NCBI GenBank assembly: GCA_963739455.1 | Contig: CAVUAK010000001.1 | Location: 1,440,001 to 1,504,000, forward strand | Direction: 5' to 3' | Length of the DNA stretch: 64,000 nucleotides | Source: an uncultured Gemmatimonadales bacterium | Lineage (GTDB): Bacteria; Gemmatimonadota; Gemmatimonadetes; Gemmatimonadales; GWC2-71-9 | Shown: positions 52,291-63,474 of the stretch, one piece after another | How positions within the stretch are numbered: position 1 is the stretch's first letter | Layout of the letters: every line of letters starts with the position of its first letter | The notes under the pieces: generated by a model | Seen by the model: the letters and a program-made list of their open reading frames with translations, nothing else | Told to the model about the DNA's origin: nothing | Database searches by the model: none | Position numbers and translations under genes: made by a program

Positions 52291-52584
52291 GTGTCCCGTG
52301 CATTCGTCAACGAGGATGGTCCAGAGGGTCCCCCGCCGCTCTACGGACTGCCGGCGCGGGACGATGCGGCATATCCCCTCGCCGCCGCGCGCGCACTCCT
52401 CGCCGGCGCCAATGCCGGTGACACCGCGAGTGCCGAGGCAGCCACCGGGTACTTCTGGGGCGACCCCACGCTGAGCAGCGAGATGAACCAGCTTGCCGAC
52501 GAGGCGATGGACCGCGGCGACGACCGGACAGACCAGCTGGCCCGCCGCTTCCTGCGCGCAGCAGGGACACCGAGGGAGGATTGA
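52291..52584 (+). CDS. Hypothetical protein starting with an MSRAFVxE motif
   Basis: GGAG site then GTG at 52291; overlaps the start of the next gene. Confidence 0.7.
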   Translation: MSRAFVNEDGPEGPPPLYGLPARDDAAYPLAAARALLAGANAGDTASAEAATGYFWGDPTLSSEMNQLADEAMDRGDDRTDQLARRFLRAAGTPRED

Positions 52585-53063
52585 TGAGCGAGACCGAGCG
52601 CATTGCCCAGCAACTGGAGCGGACCTGGGATGGCGACGCCTGGCACGGCCCGTCGCTCAAGGAACTCACCGACGGCCTGACGGCGAAACAGGCCGCGGCG
52701 CATCACCTAAGCGAGGCGCACTCCATCTGGGAACTCGTGCTGCATTGCCGCGGATGGATGCGTGAGGTCGAGCGCCGGCTCGACGGGAGTGATCCCGCCG
52801 AACCAGAGGGAGGCGACTGGCCTGCGGTGGGGAAGGTGGTCGACGAGCGATGGGCCGCTGCGCGCGCCGATCTCGGCGTTGCGGCCGCCGACCTGGCCAG
52901 CAAGATCCGCCGTTTCGACGAGTCGCGACTCGGTGACCGGGTTGGCCAGCAGCGCGACGCCGCACTCGGTACCGGTAGCACCTATTACGTCATGCTACAC
53001 GGGGCCGTCCAGCACAACCTCTATCATGCTGGACAGGTCGCGCTGCTGCGGAAGCTTGCCTAG
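52584..53063 (+). CDS. DinB family protein
   Basis: 'GDAWHGPS', 'HSIWELVLH', 'QHNLYHAGQ'. Confidence 0.88.
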   Translation: MSETERIAQQLERTWDGDAWHGPSLKELTDGLTAKQAAAHHLSEAHSIWELVLHCRGWMREVERRLDGSDPAEPEGGDWPAVGKVVDERWAAARADLGVAAADLASKIRRFDESRLGDRVGQQRDAALGTGSTYYVMLHGAVQHNLYHAGQVALLRKLA

Positions 53064-53188
53064 AAACTCGTGATCAGGATCCAGGCGACCATGGCGATCA
53101 GTGCCATGATGCCCCAGCGCAACGCGACATGCTGCTTGCGGAACCGCTCCATCAGCCGCGCGCCCGCCGGCTTTTCACCGTTCGTCAT
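53060..53188 (-). CDS. Small membrane protein, 42 aa (not in the ORF track)
   Basis: GGGAG site, then MTNGEKPAGARLMERFRKQHVALRWGIMALIAMVAWILITSF*. Confidence 0.6.
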   Translation of the reverse strand: MTNGEKPAGARLMERFRKQHVALRWGIMALIAMVAWILITSF

Positions 53189-53200
53189 GAGTACTCCCGT

Positions 53201-54064
53201 TCAGTTGGTCCTGGTCCCTGTTCCCTGTTTCCCCTTCACGTCTTCACGTCTTAGGTACTCCCCTGGCTCCACCACCGCCGCCGGCTTCAGCTTCGCATAC
53301 ACGATCGCACCCGCCACCATCACGCCGATGCTCGTGACCTGCGCGATCGTAAGCGGTCCCACGAACCGGTCATCCTTGGCACGCAGGATCTCCACCAGGA
53401 AACGCTCGACGCCGGCGAACATCAGGTAGGCCCCGAAGATCCACCCCGTGCCGCCCGGCGCGTTCCGCCTCGACCAGAGCCACGCAAACACCGCGAGCAT
53501 GATGAGCGTCTCGTAGATCTGTGTCGGATGCACCGCGAGCACCGTGTTCGGGTCGAGTCCGGCCGGCACCCGCACACCGAACGATTGCAGGTTCGCGACG
53601 GTCGAGGGCGGCAGCCCGTCCGGAAACTTGACCGCCCACGGCAATGTGCTCGGCCCGCCGTAGTCGTCGCCGATGAGGAAGCATCCCACCCGTCCAACGG
53701 CGTACGATGCCGCGAGCGCCGGACCGACGAGCAGCATCGTCCATTGCACCGGAACCTTGTGCCGCATCCCCGCAATCAGCACCGCGATCACGCCGCCCAG
53801 GAACCCGCCATACCACACCAGCCCCCCGCGGCTGAACAGCGCCCCCGGGTCCCGCGTGAGCGCCACATACCAGAGCTTTGCGCCGAGAATGCCGCCGATC
53901 ACGCCCGCCACGATGATGTCGCCCGAGTAGGCCTCGTTGAGCCCGCGCTGCTGCAGCTCGACCCGCATGATCCACCCAGCCACCAGGAACGCGAACATCA
54001 TCATCAGGCCGAAGCCGGTGATGGTGAAGCTGCCGATATGAATCGTGAACGGGTAGACGTTCAT
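53201..54064 (-). CDS. lgt: Prolipoprotein diacylglyceryl transferase
   Basis: 'GGLVWYGG', 'GRVGCFL.GDDYG', 'HPTQIYE', 'RFLVEILR'. Confidence 0.93.
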   Translation of the reverse strand: MNVYPFTIHIGSFTITGFGLMMMFAFLVAGWIMRVELQQRGLNEAYSGDIIVAGVIGGILGAKLWYVALTRDPGALFSRGGLVWYGGFLGGVIAVLIAGMRHKVPVQWTMLLVGPALAASYAVGRVGCFLIGDDYGGPSTLPWAVKFPDGLPPSTVANLQSFGVRVPAGLDPNTVLAVHPTQIYETLIMLAVFAWLWSRRNAPGGTGWIFGAYLMFAGVERFLVEILRAKDDRFVGPLTIAQVTSIGVMVAGAIVYAKLKPAAVVEPGEYLRREDVKGKQGTGTRTN

Positions 54065-55113
54065 GCCGTGACTTCCGCTGGGGTGGTGCTGATGAGGCCG
54101 GGGAGGGGCAGGGTATCGCGCGGTTCGAGATCCCACCCGCTGCGCTCGCCCCGATGAAGGCGCCACGCCCCCGCGGCGGCGATCATCGCGGCGTTGTCGG
54201 TATTCAGCCTGGGAGACGCCACCGCGACCCGCGCCGGCGCCACCCGCGTGCGCATCCGCTCGGCGAGTGCCCTGTTGCATGCCACGCCGCCACCGATCAC
54301 CACGGTGTCGTAGCCGAGCGCGTCTACCGCGTGCGCCGTTTTCTCCACCAGTACGTCGATCGCCGCATCCTGGAATGCAAGCGCAAGGTCAGCGCGATCA
54401 GCGTCGATGTCGGTGCTCTGCTGCACCGCTCGAAGTACCGCCGTCTTGAGGCCGCTGAAGGAGAAGGCGTACTGCTGCGCCCCCGGACGGTCCATCTCCT
54501 TCAGCATCGGGCGGGGGAACTTGAATCGCCCCGGCCGCCCCTCGCGCGCCAGGCGCTCGATGTGCGGTCCGCCGGGATACCCGAGACCCAGCAGCTTCGC
54601 CACCTTGTCGAACGCCTCACCGGCGGCATCGTCGATCGTCTGGCCCAGCAGGCGATACTGCCCCCACGCCGGCACGTCCAGCAGCATCGTGTGACCGCCA
54701 CTCACCAGCAGCGCCACGAATGGTGGCGACACCGTGGGATCCTCGAGCGTCGCCGCGAACAAGTGACCCTCGAGATGGTGCACCCCGATCAGCGGCAGCT
54801 CCCGGCGCCACGCGAGCGTCTTCCCGTACATCACGCCCACGAGCAGCGCCCCCACCAGGCCCGGTGCGGCGGTAACTGCGATCCCGTCGACATCACTCAA
54901 CGCCACGCCCGCGTCAGCCAGTGCGCGATTCACCACCGGCGCGATCGCCTGCACATGCGCCCGGCTCGCCAGTTCGGGCACCACACCGCCGAAGATCGCA
55001 TGCACATCCTGCGACAGGATGACGAGGCTGTCGAGCGTGGAAACGCCCCCCTCCGCCGTGACGACGGCAGCGGAGGTTTCATCGCACGATGTCTCGATGC
55101 CGAGGATTCTCAC
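54061..55113 (-). CDS. tsaD: tRNA N6-adenosine threonylcarbamoyltransferase
   Basis: 'LGIETSCDET', 'HHLEGH', 'VSGGHT', 'DNAAMI'. Confidence 0.96.
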   Translation of the reverse strand: MRILGIETSCDETSAAVVTAEGGVSTLDSLVILSQDVHAIFGGVVPELASRAHVQAIAPVVNRALADAGVALSDVDGIAVTAAPGLVGALLVGVMYGKTLAWRRELPLIGVHHLEGHLFAATLEDPTVSPPFVALLVSGGHTMLLDVPAWGQYRLLGQTIDDAAGEAFDKVAKLLGLGYPGGPHIERLAREGRPGRFKFPRPMLKEMDRPGAQQYAFSFSGLKTAVLRAVQQSTDIDADRADLALAFQDAAIDVLVEKTAHAVDALGYDTVVIGGGVACNRALAERMRTRVAPARVAVASPRLNTDNAAMIAAAGAWRLHRGERSGWDLEPRDTLPLPGLISTTPAEVTA

Positions 55114-55646
55114 TTGCCCCCGGCGAGATACCTGTCGACGAGTTTCCGGTTCGCCACCGACGCCCAGTCATGCGCGCCGATCACCCGCTTCACGATCGTC
55201 CCGTCGCGGTCGAGCAGGAAACTCTCGGGCACGCCGGTGGTCTGGTAGAGCTGCTGGATGGCGCCGCTCCGGTCCTGCAGGATGTCGAACGTGATCCCCA
55301 GGCGCTGGGCGAACTCCTTCACCGCGGTGCCGTCACCATTGTCGATGCTCACCGCCAGGATCTTGAAGCCGCGCGGTGCCAGGTCGGCATACATGCGCTG
55401 CATCGCCGGCATCTCTTCCTTGCACGGCTCGCACCACGTCGCCCAGATGTTGACCAGTGCCACCTCGCCCTTGGCAAGCGTGCGCAGCGACACCGAGTCG
55501 CCGCTGGCCACGTCCACCATGCGGAAATCCGGCGCCTTCTTGCCGATCTCCACGCCGGTGTTCTCCGGCCCGAAGCGCACCATGGCATAGGCGCCTCCCA
55601 CCAGCGCGGCAATGACGCCGATTACCACCATCCACTGCTTGCTCAT
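55110..55646 (-). CDS. TlpA/ResA thiol-disulfide oxidoreductase
   Basis: 'NIWATWCEPCKEEMP'; N-terminal TM. Confidence 0.92.
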   Translation of the reverse strand: MSKQWMVVIGVIAALVGGAYAMVRFGPENTGVEIGKKAPDFRMVDVASGDSVSLRTLAKGEVALVNIWATWCEPCKEEMPAMQRMYADLAPRGFKILAVSIDNGDGTAVKEFAQRLGITFDILQDRSGAIQQLYQTTGVPESFLLDRDGTIVKRVIGAHDWASVANRKLVDRYLAGGK

Positions 55647-55671
55647 CAGCTCCCGTTCCCTGTTCCCTGTT

Positions 55672-56337
55672 TCACGCAGTTACAGTGCATCGCGCCTTCA
55701 GCGCCCGCACCGCCGCCGCCGGGTCCGGCTTCCCGAACACCGCCGTGCCCGCGACGAACGTGTCCGCACCCGCTTCCCACGCCGTGCGGATCGTCTCCGT
55801 CGTGATGCCGCCATCCACTTCCAGCGCCGCACTCGATCGCCGAAGGTCGAGCAGCTGCCGCACGCGCCGGATCTTTCCCGTGGAGGCCGGAATATAGGCC
55901 TGCCCCCCGAACCCCGGATTCACGCTCATCACCAGCACCAGGTCCACGTCGTCCACCACTTCCTCGAGATACGACAGCGGTGTCCCCGGGTTGAGCGAGA
56001 GCCCAGCCAGCATTCCCCGCTCACGGATGCTCGCGAGGTGTCGCTGCACATGATGAGTCGCTTCAGGATGGAAGGTGAACACCGACACGCCCAGGTCGGC
56101 ATACTCGCTGATGTAGCGCTCCGGCCGCTCCACCATGAGATGCACGTCGATCGGTCGCTCGCTGATCTTTCGCAGCGCCGCGATGAGCGGTGCCCCGAAC
56201 GTCAGGTTGGGCACGAACTGCCCGTCCATCACGTCTACATGCAGCCACTCGGCGCCACCTTCTTCCGCCTGTCGCACCTGCTCGGCGAGACGGCCGAGGT
56301 CGGTGGACAGGATGCTGGGAGCGATGCGCACGCTCAT
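55672..56337 (-). CDS. rpe: Ribulose-phosphate 3-epimerase
   Basis: 'APSILS', 'HVDVMDG.FVPN', 'MSVNPGFGGQ', 'EVDGGI'. Confidence 0.96.
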   Translation of the reverse strand: MSVRIAPSILSTDLGRLAEQVRQAEEGGAEWLHVDVMDGQFVPNLTFGAPLIAALRKISERPIDVHLMVERPERYISEYADLGVSVFTFHPEATHHVQRHLASIRERGMLAGLSLNPGTPLSYLEEVVDDVDLVLVMSVNPGFGGQAYIPASTGKIRRVRQLLDLRRSSAALEVDGGITTETIRTAWEAGADTFVAGTAVFGKPDPAAAVRALKARCTVTA

Positions 56338-57017
56338 CGATGAGTCTCCTGGCTGGCGGAAGGCAGGGCAGGCCTGCCGGAGCTGATCACGAGCTGGATG
56401 CTGGTGCCCGCCGGCTGCACCGAGCCGATCGCCGGTCGCACCTCGACCACGATCCCGGCGGGACCGGCCGACCGCACTGTGTCCACCTTGCTCATGCGGA
56501 ATCCGCTCGCCTCGATCACCTTCGCCGCGAGCTCGAGCGGCAACCGCGACACATCCGGCACGGCGTATGGCGCGATCCCGTCGCTCATCGTCAGCGTCAC
56601 CGGCGTTCCTTCCGGGAGTACCGTCCCTGCAGCAGGCTCCTGCCAGATCACGATCCCCGCTTCGTACGTCGGGTGCTGCCGCGACTCCGCGCGCTTCGTC
56701 TTGAAGCCCGCCTGGCCCAGGAGCCCCTCCGCCTTGTCACCCGGCATCCCCACCACGTCGGGCGTCGAGTGATCCGACGCGAGCAGCGGTCCGGGCGACA
56801 GCATGATGAACGCGATCGTGAACCCTACCACGAACAACAGCAGCAGCAGCCCGAGATCGCGCATGATCCGCCGACCCGAACCCCGCCGCGCGGGCACCAC
56901 TGCCTCCGTCTCCACCTCCGGCACCGCCTGCGGCGCCGCCTCAGGCACGGCCGCAGGCACAGCCTCGGCCTCGACCGGCGTCACCGACAACTCACGATTG
57001 CGGCGGCCGAACTTCAC
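56334..57017 (-). CDS. PASTA domain protein
   Basis: TM plus two 'PDV.G...QxP.AG' repeats. Confidence 0.85.
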   Translation of the reverse strand: MKFGRRNRELSVTPVEAEAVPAAVPEAAPQAVPEVETEAVVPARRGSGRRIMRDLGLLLLLFVVGFTIAFIMLSPGPLLASDHSTPDVVGMPGDKAEGLLGQAGFKTKRAESRQHPTYEAGIVIWQEPAAGTVLPEGTPVTLTMSDGIAPYAVPDVSRLPLELAAKVIEASGFRMSKVDTVRSAGPAGIVVEVRPAIGSVQPAGTSIQLVISSGRPALPSASQETHR

Positions 57018-58309
57018 GCCCGCCTCCGGAGCCGAGCCGCATACGCGCCATCGGTGCCGTGACGGAACGGCAACAATTGCAAATCGCCTCGCGCAGTACG
57101 CAACTCAGCAGGCACGGCGTCTCCAGGATCGCGCTCGAAACGGGGGTCGCGCGCCAGCAGCGCCTCGACCTGGTGCTCGTTCTCCTCCGGTTCCAGCGAA
57201 CACGTCGCATAAACTAACCAGCCGCCCGGTCGCACGACTTGGGCGCACGCCTGCAGCAGTTCCCCCTGGCGCCGGGCCAGGCGCGACAGCGCTTCGGCGC
57301 TCACCTTCCACCTGGCATCAGGGTGTCGCGCGAACGTGCCGGTGCCGAGGCATGGAGCATCGAGCAGCACGACATCGGCGGAGGCCACGGGAGGATGCAG
57401 CGCATCGGCCACCACCGCGCGCTCCCGTCCGCTGCCCGCCCGGGCCAGGTTCTCCGCCAGGCGCCGTACCCTGTCCAGCTTGAGGTCGGCACTCACCACC
57501 ATCGCAACTGATCGCCCCAGCGCGATCGACTTTCCTCCCGGTGCCGCGCACGCATCGTACACCCGCATCCCCGGCTCCACGCCGGCGAACGCCGCGACCA
57601 TGGCATGCGCCGGGTCCTGCACGATGAACGCTCCTTCAGCGAACCCCGGCACCTCCGCCGGCTTGCGCGCGGGGCTCATCCAGCCGGAAATCGCCGCGCG
57701 CTCCGGCTCCACTCCAGCCGCGCGCCAGCGCGCCTCGAGAGCCGCGTCGTCCTCCCGCGCAGCCTGCAGCACCAGCGAGGGCGGCATGTTGTTCCACTCC
57801 ATCAGCGTGACGGTGTCGTCCTGCCCATAGCGCTCGAGCCAGCGCGCCACGAGCCAGTCAGGATGGGAGTAGAGGGCGGCGAAGTGCGCAGCGGGATCGA
57901 TGGCGAGCGACGGCGCCGCGGCGCGCCCCCCGAGGTTGCGGAGGAGTGCATTCACGAAGCCGGCGGCCTTGCTGCCGCCCACCGAGCGCGCCAGGTCGAC
58001 GGCGGTGGAGACGGCGGCATGGGTGGGCACCCGGTCGAGCGCCACCAGCTGGTAGGCGCCCAGCCGCAGCACCTCCCGTAGTGACGGCTCGACGTTGCCC
58101 CACCCGTGACGCACCAGCGGAATGAGCCGCGCATCGAGGTCGCTCTGGCGACGGAGCACGCCAGCCGCGAGTTCATGCGCAAGACGCTTGTCGGCATCGG
58201 GCAGGGAAGTGAGCGCGCGCGCGAGGGCAGCATCGAATGGCTCGCCCTGTCGCACCGCGAGCAGCACCTCCATCGCCGCGCGGCGCGCCGGGAGCCCGAT
58301 TTCCTTCAT
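57014..58309 (-). CDS. rsmB: 16S rRNA m5C967 methyltransferase
   Basis: NusB-like N-terminus, 'SHPDWL', 'DACAAPGGK', 'DAPCLGTG', 'YATCSLEPEEN'. Confidence 0.93.
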   Translation of the reverse strand: MKEIGLPARRAAMEVLLAVRQGEPFDAALARALTSLPDADKRLAHELAAGVLRRQSDLDARLIPLVRHGWGNVEPSLREVLRLGAYQLVALDRVPTHAAVSTAVDLARSVGGSKAAGFVNALLRNLGGRAAAPSLAIDPAAHFAALYSHPDWLVARWLERYGQDDTVTLMEWNNMPPSLVLQAAREDDAALEARWRAAGVEPERAAISGWMSPARKPAEVPGFAEGAFIVQDPAHAMVAAFAGVEPGMRVYDACAAPGGKSIALGRSVAMVVSADLKLDRVRRLAENLARAGSGRERAVVADALHPPVASADVVLLDAPCLGTGTFARHPDARWKVSAEALSRLARRQGELLQACAQVVRPGGWLVYATCSLEPEENEHQVEALLARDPRFERDPGDAVPAELRTARGDLQLLPFRHGTDGAYAARLRRRA

Positions 58310-59121
58310 CTCTTCAGCATTCCATGCTCGGGCGACGACGGAATGGCCACCTCGCGCCTCGGCATCCGTCCCGCGAGATACGCCGCGCGACCAGCCTCGA
58401 CGGCACCACGCATCGCATGCGCCATCAGCACCGCGTCCCGTGCCTCGGCGAGCGCCGTGTTCATCAGGATCCCGTCCACACCCTGTTCCATCGTCAGGCA
58501 CGCATCGGATGCCGTACCCACGCCGGCGTCCACGATCACCGGAACGGTGAGCCGCCGCTTGATGGTGCGGATGCTGTACGGATTCAGTAGCCCAAGTCCG
58601 CTGCCGATCGGCGACGCGAGCGGCATCACCGCCGCGGCCCCAGCCTCCTCCAGCCGCAGCGCCGTGATCAGGTCGTCGTTGGTGTAGGCCAGGACCTTGA
58701 AGCCCTCCTTCACCAGCACTCGCGTCGCCTCCAGCAGCCCTTCCGCATCGGGCAGCAGCGTCTCCTTGTCGCCGATTACCTCCAGCTTCACGAAGTCGTT
58801 GAACCCCGCCTCACGCCCCAGGCGCGCATAGCGGATCGCCTCGTCGGCGCTGTAGCATCCCGCCGTGTTGGCGAGCAGGAAATACCGCTTGGGAGACAGG
58901 TGATAGAGCACCCCCTCCTCCTTCGTGCGATCGAGGTCGACTCGGCGCACCGCCACGGTGACGACGTCGGCGCCCGACGCATCGATCGCAGCCACCATCT
59001 CGGCGTTCGAGCGGTACTTGCCTGTCCCCACCATCAACCGCGAGCGGAAGTGCTGCCCGCCGATGATGAGCGGCGTGTCGAACTGCGGAATCGTCTCGAG
59101 TCCTGCATCGGTCATTGTCAT
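58306..59121 (-). CDS. thiG: Thiazole synthase
   Basis: 'SRLMVGTGKY', 'NTAGC', 'KLEVIGD', 'PIGSGLG', 'VDAGVG'. Confidence 0.96.
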   Translation of the reverse strand: MTMTDAGLETIPQFDTPLIIGGQHFRSRLMVGTGKYRSNAEMVAAIDASGADVVTVAVRRVDLDRTKEEGVLYHLSPKRYFLLANTAGCYSADEAIRYARLGREAGFNDFVKLEVIGDKETLLPDAEGLLEATRVLVKEGFKVLAYTNDDLITALRLEEAGAAAVMPLASPIGSGLGLLNPYSIRTIKRRLTVPVIVDAGVGTASDACLTMEQGVDGILMNTALAEARDAVLMAHAMRGAVEAGRAAYLAGRMPRREVAIPSSPEHGMLKR

Positions 59122-59636
59122 GTCCGGTTCCCCGTTGCACCCAGAGCGCCGTCGTAGCGCATTTCGTTGGTGGCACTGAAGCCGAGCCGCTCATAGAGCG
59201 GTCGTCCCGCCGTCGATGCATGCAGCACCAGCGTATGCATGCCGGCATCTCCGGCCCACTGAATGACTCGCTGCATGAGCAGTTCGGCGACGCCGCGACC
59301 GCGCCACGCCGGCTCGGTGTACACGTTGAGCACGATCGCCTGCTTGCCGTGCGGCGTGCCGTCGGGCTCGCGCGGGTGCGGCAGTGTCCGGCGAACCTGC
59401 ACCCCGGCGCCGGATACTATCGAGCCTGGCGCGCCAACAGGTGACGCGAGCCACCCGAGGTACTCTCCCGACGTCAGCGCCACCTCAAGGTAGCGCGTCG
59501 ACCGCGCCTCGAGATCGCCGACCCGTGACGCTTCCAGGTCGTGCATCTCGAGGAACATTGCCGCGCGGTGTCGTGCAATCAGCGCCGCATCATCCGCGGT
59601 GGCCTGGCGCACGAGGAACTCGCCCGGCGCGCTCAT
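59118..59636 (-). CDS. GNAT family N-acetyltransferase
   Basis: 'NVYTEPAWRGRGVA', 'LHAS..GRPLYERLGF'. Confidence 0.9.
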   Translation of the reverse strand: MSAPGEFLVRQATADDAALIARHRAAMFLEMHDLEASRVGDLEARSTRYLEVALTSGEYLGWLASPVGAPGSIVSGAGVQVRRTLPHPREPDGTPHGKQAIVLNVYTEPAWRGRGVAELLMQRVIQWAGDAGMHTLVLHASTAGRPLYERLGFSATNEMRYDGALGATGNRT

Positions 59637-59842
59637 CCGCCACCTACGAAGTGCACGATCTCGATGTTGTCGCCGCTGGAGACGGGAACCCCGGCCAGCG
59701 CCGCGCGACGCACGATCGTCCGGTTGTGCTCCACTACGACCGTTTCCGGCGCAAGACCGAGATGCGCCAGCAGCCCAGGCAGGTCGAGACCCGCCGGCAC
59801 TCGTCGCGCATCGCCGTTGATGGTGACGTCGATGTCGCTCAT
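59633..59842 (-). CDS. thiS: Sulfur carrier protein
   Basis: 'INGD', 'VVEHN', C-terminal 'EIVHFVGGG'. Confidence 0.93.
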   Translation of the reverse strand: MSDIDVTINGDARRVPAGLDLPGLLAHLGLAPETVVVEHNRTIVRRAALAGVPVSSGDNIEIVHFVGGG

Positions 59843-60456
59843 CGTGCTTCCCACGGCTCCAGCATCTGCGTTACCGCATGCGCCGGGTCACTCGCGCCCC
59901 AGATCGCCCTGATCGCGGCGATGCCATAAGCACCCGCCGCCTGCAGCTCCGGCGCGCGCTCGATGGTGACGCCGCCGATCGCCAGCACCGGCGCCCCCGC
60001 GGCGGCAATGTCGGCAATGAACGCGGTGCCACGCGCTGTCTCACTTGCATGAGACGGCGTCGCGTACGTGGTTCCGGCGACCACATAGTCGGCACCATCA
60101 CCCGCCGCACTCCGTGCTTCGTCCACGCTATGCACCGAGCGCCCGATCCAACCCTGCGCATGCACCCTGCGAGCATCGGCGATCGTAAGGTCGCCGGAGC
60201 CGAGCTGCACGCCCTGTGCACTGATCGCGGCAGCCAGATCAGGCCGCGCATTGACGATCAGCGGCGTACCCGTCCCCGCCAGCGCATCGCGCAGCGCCAC
60301 CGCATGATCCGCCAGTACTCGGCCCGTCGCCGTACGGTCCCGAAGGTGAATGGCGACGCGCGCACCCAGCGTCGCGAGGCGTTGGGCCGCGTCCAGGAAG
60401 CCCGGCAGCGCCAGCACCTGCGCATCGGTGACGGCATGCACCCGCGGCAGCGTCAC
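59839..60456 (-). CDS. thiE: Thiamine-phosphate synthase/TenI family
   Basis: 'HLRD', 'GRSVHS', 'GADY', 'TPSH', 'AIGGV'; next to thiS and thiG. Confidence 0.8.
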   Translation of the reverse strand: MTLPRVHAVTDAQVLALPGFLDAAQRLATLGARVAIHLRDRTATGRVLADHAVALRDALAGTGTPLIVNARPDLAAAISAQGVQLGSGDLTIADARRVHAQGWIGRSVHSVDEARSAAGDGADYVVAGTTYATPSHASETARGTAFIADIAAAGAPVLAIGGVTIERAPELQAAGAYGIAAIRAIWGASDPAHAVTQMLEPWEAR

Positions 60457-61382
60457 GTGAATCGCGCTCCCACGGCGATGCCGCGCCCGCGCACCCATTC
60501 GGACACCGGCTGCCGCTTCTTGCCAGCCGGCTGCACCTCGCCCACCGTCAGGACCCCGTCGCCGGTGTCGATGTGTAGCTCGTCGTCCGCCCTCAGCACT
60601 GTTCCCGCCGTTCCCGCCCTCCCCGCCCTCCCCGCCCTCCCCGCCTTGAAAACCTTCACATCTCCACCCGCCACCGTCCCCCACGCCCCCGGCACCGGAT
60701 CAAACGCCGCCACATGATGCGCCAGCGTCTCGGCCGACTGGCTCCAGTCAATGCGCGCCACGCCACGGTCGATCTTGGGAGCCAGGGTGACGCCGGCTTC
60801 ATCCTGTGTCACCGGTCGAGCGCCGCTGCCCAGCAGGGGAAGCGCCTCGAGCAGCGTCTCTGCGCCAAGTACGCTGAGTCGACTGGTGAGTGTGCCTCCA
60901 GTCTCATGCGCGTCGATCGGCGTGCTGCGCGTGTGCCAGACTGGGCCGCTGTCGAGGCCCGCCTCCATCTGCATGATGGTGACGCCGGTGTCTCGGTCGC
61001 CGGTGCGTATGGCCCACTGGATGGGTGCCGCACCGCGCCAGCGGGGCAGCAGGGAGGCGTGGACGTTGATCATGCCGAGGCGGGGAAGGGCGAGGACCTG
61101 TGGACGGAGGATGTGGCCGTAGGCCACGACAACGCCCAGGTCTGCCGGGAACGCATTGAGCTGGTCGATGAATTGAGCGCCAACCGGCTTGTCGGGTTGC
61201 AGCACCGGAAGGCCGGCGGCGAGCGCCGCATCCTTCACCGGCGGCGCCACCACGACGCTCCGCGATCGGCCGTGTGGGCGGTCCGGCTGGGTCACCACTG
61301 CCACCACTTCGTGACCCGACCCGAGCAGCGCCTGCAGCGATGGCACCGCGAACTCTGGCGTCCCGAAGAAGATGATTCGCAT
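60453..61382 (-). CDS. fmt: Methionyl-tRNA formyltransferase
   Basis: 'FGTPEFA', 'VTQPDRP', 'NVHASLLPRWRGAAPI'. Confidence 0.96.
   Translation of the reverse strand: MRIIFFGTPEFAVPSLQALLGSGHEVVAVVTQPDRPHGRSRSVVVAPPVKDAALAAGLPVLQPDKPVGAQFIDQLNAFPADLGVVVAYGHILRPQVLALPRLGMINVHASLLPRWRGAAPIQWAIRTGDRDTGVTIMQMEAGLDSGPVWHTRSTPIDAHETGGTLTSRLSVLGAETLLEALPLLGSGARPVTQDEAGVTLAPKIDRGVARIDWSQSAETLAHHVAAFDPVPGAWGTVAGGDVKVFKAGRAGRAGRAGTAGTVLRADDELHIDTGDGVLTVGEVQPAGKKRQPVSEWVRGRGIAVGARFT
60601..60645 (-). repeat. Five 9-mer units (GGCGGGRAS) in frame inside fmt
   Basis: Encodes AGR-AGR-AGR-AGT-AGT. Confidence 0.85.
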
Positions 61383-61387
61383 CGCGG

Positions 61388-61926
61388 CTACCCCCGCCGC
61401 GCTTCCTCCGGCTCCACGTCGCGCACTTCCTTCAGGTACCCCTTGCCCGCGTTCTCCTTGCGGAACCGCTTCAGCAGCATCGCGCGCCGCAGCGCGCCAA
61501 GGTGGTCCAAGAAGATGATCCCGTCGAGGTGATCGATCTCGTGCTGGATCGCGCGGGCCACCAGCCCGCTCGCGTCGAGCCGGAACGGCTGCCCATCGCG
61601 GTCCAGCGCCTCCAGTGTCACCTCCGCCGGCCGCGTGACGTCGCCGAATACATCCGGTATGGAAAGGCACCCCTCCTCCGCCGTGTCCCGACCCTGGCTC
61701 GACACGATCCGCGGATTCACCATCGCGAAGCGCTGTCCGTCGGCGTCGATCACCGCCACGCGCTTCGCCACGCCCACCTGGTTCGCCGCCAGTCCGACAC
61801 CCTTCGCCGCCGCCATGGTCTCGAACATGTCGTCGATGAACTTCCGGATCTCGTCATCCACGACCGCCACCTCGGCGCTGCGCTGCCGCAGCACCGGGGA
61901 GCCGAGCAGGTGCAGCGTCAGCAAGC

Positions 61927-61930
<4 letters not shown>
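61388..61930 (-). CDS. def: Peptide deformylase
   Basis: 'GVGLAANQVG', 'EGCLS', 'QHEIDHLDG'. Confidence 0.97.
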
Positions 61931-63467
<1,537 letters not shown>

Positions 63468-63474
<7 letters not shown>

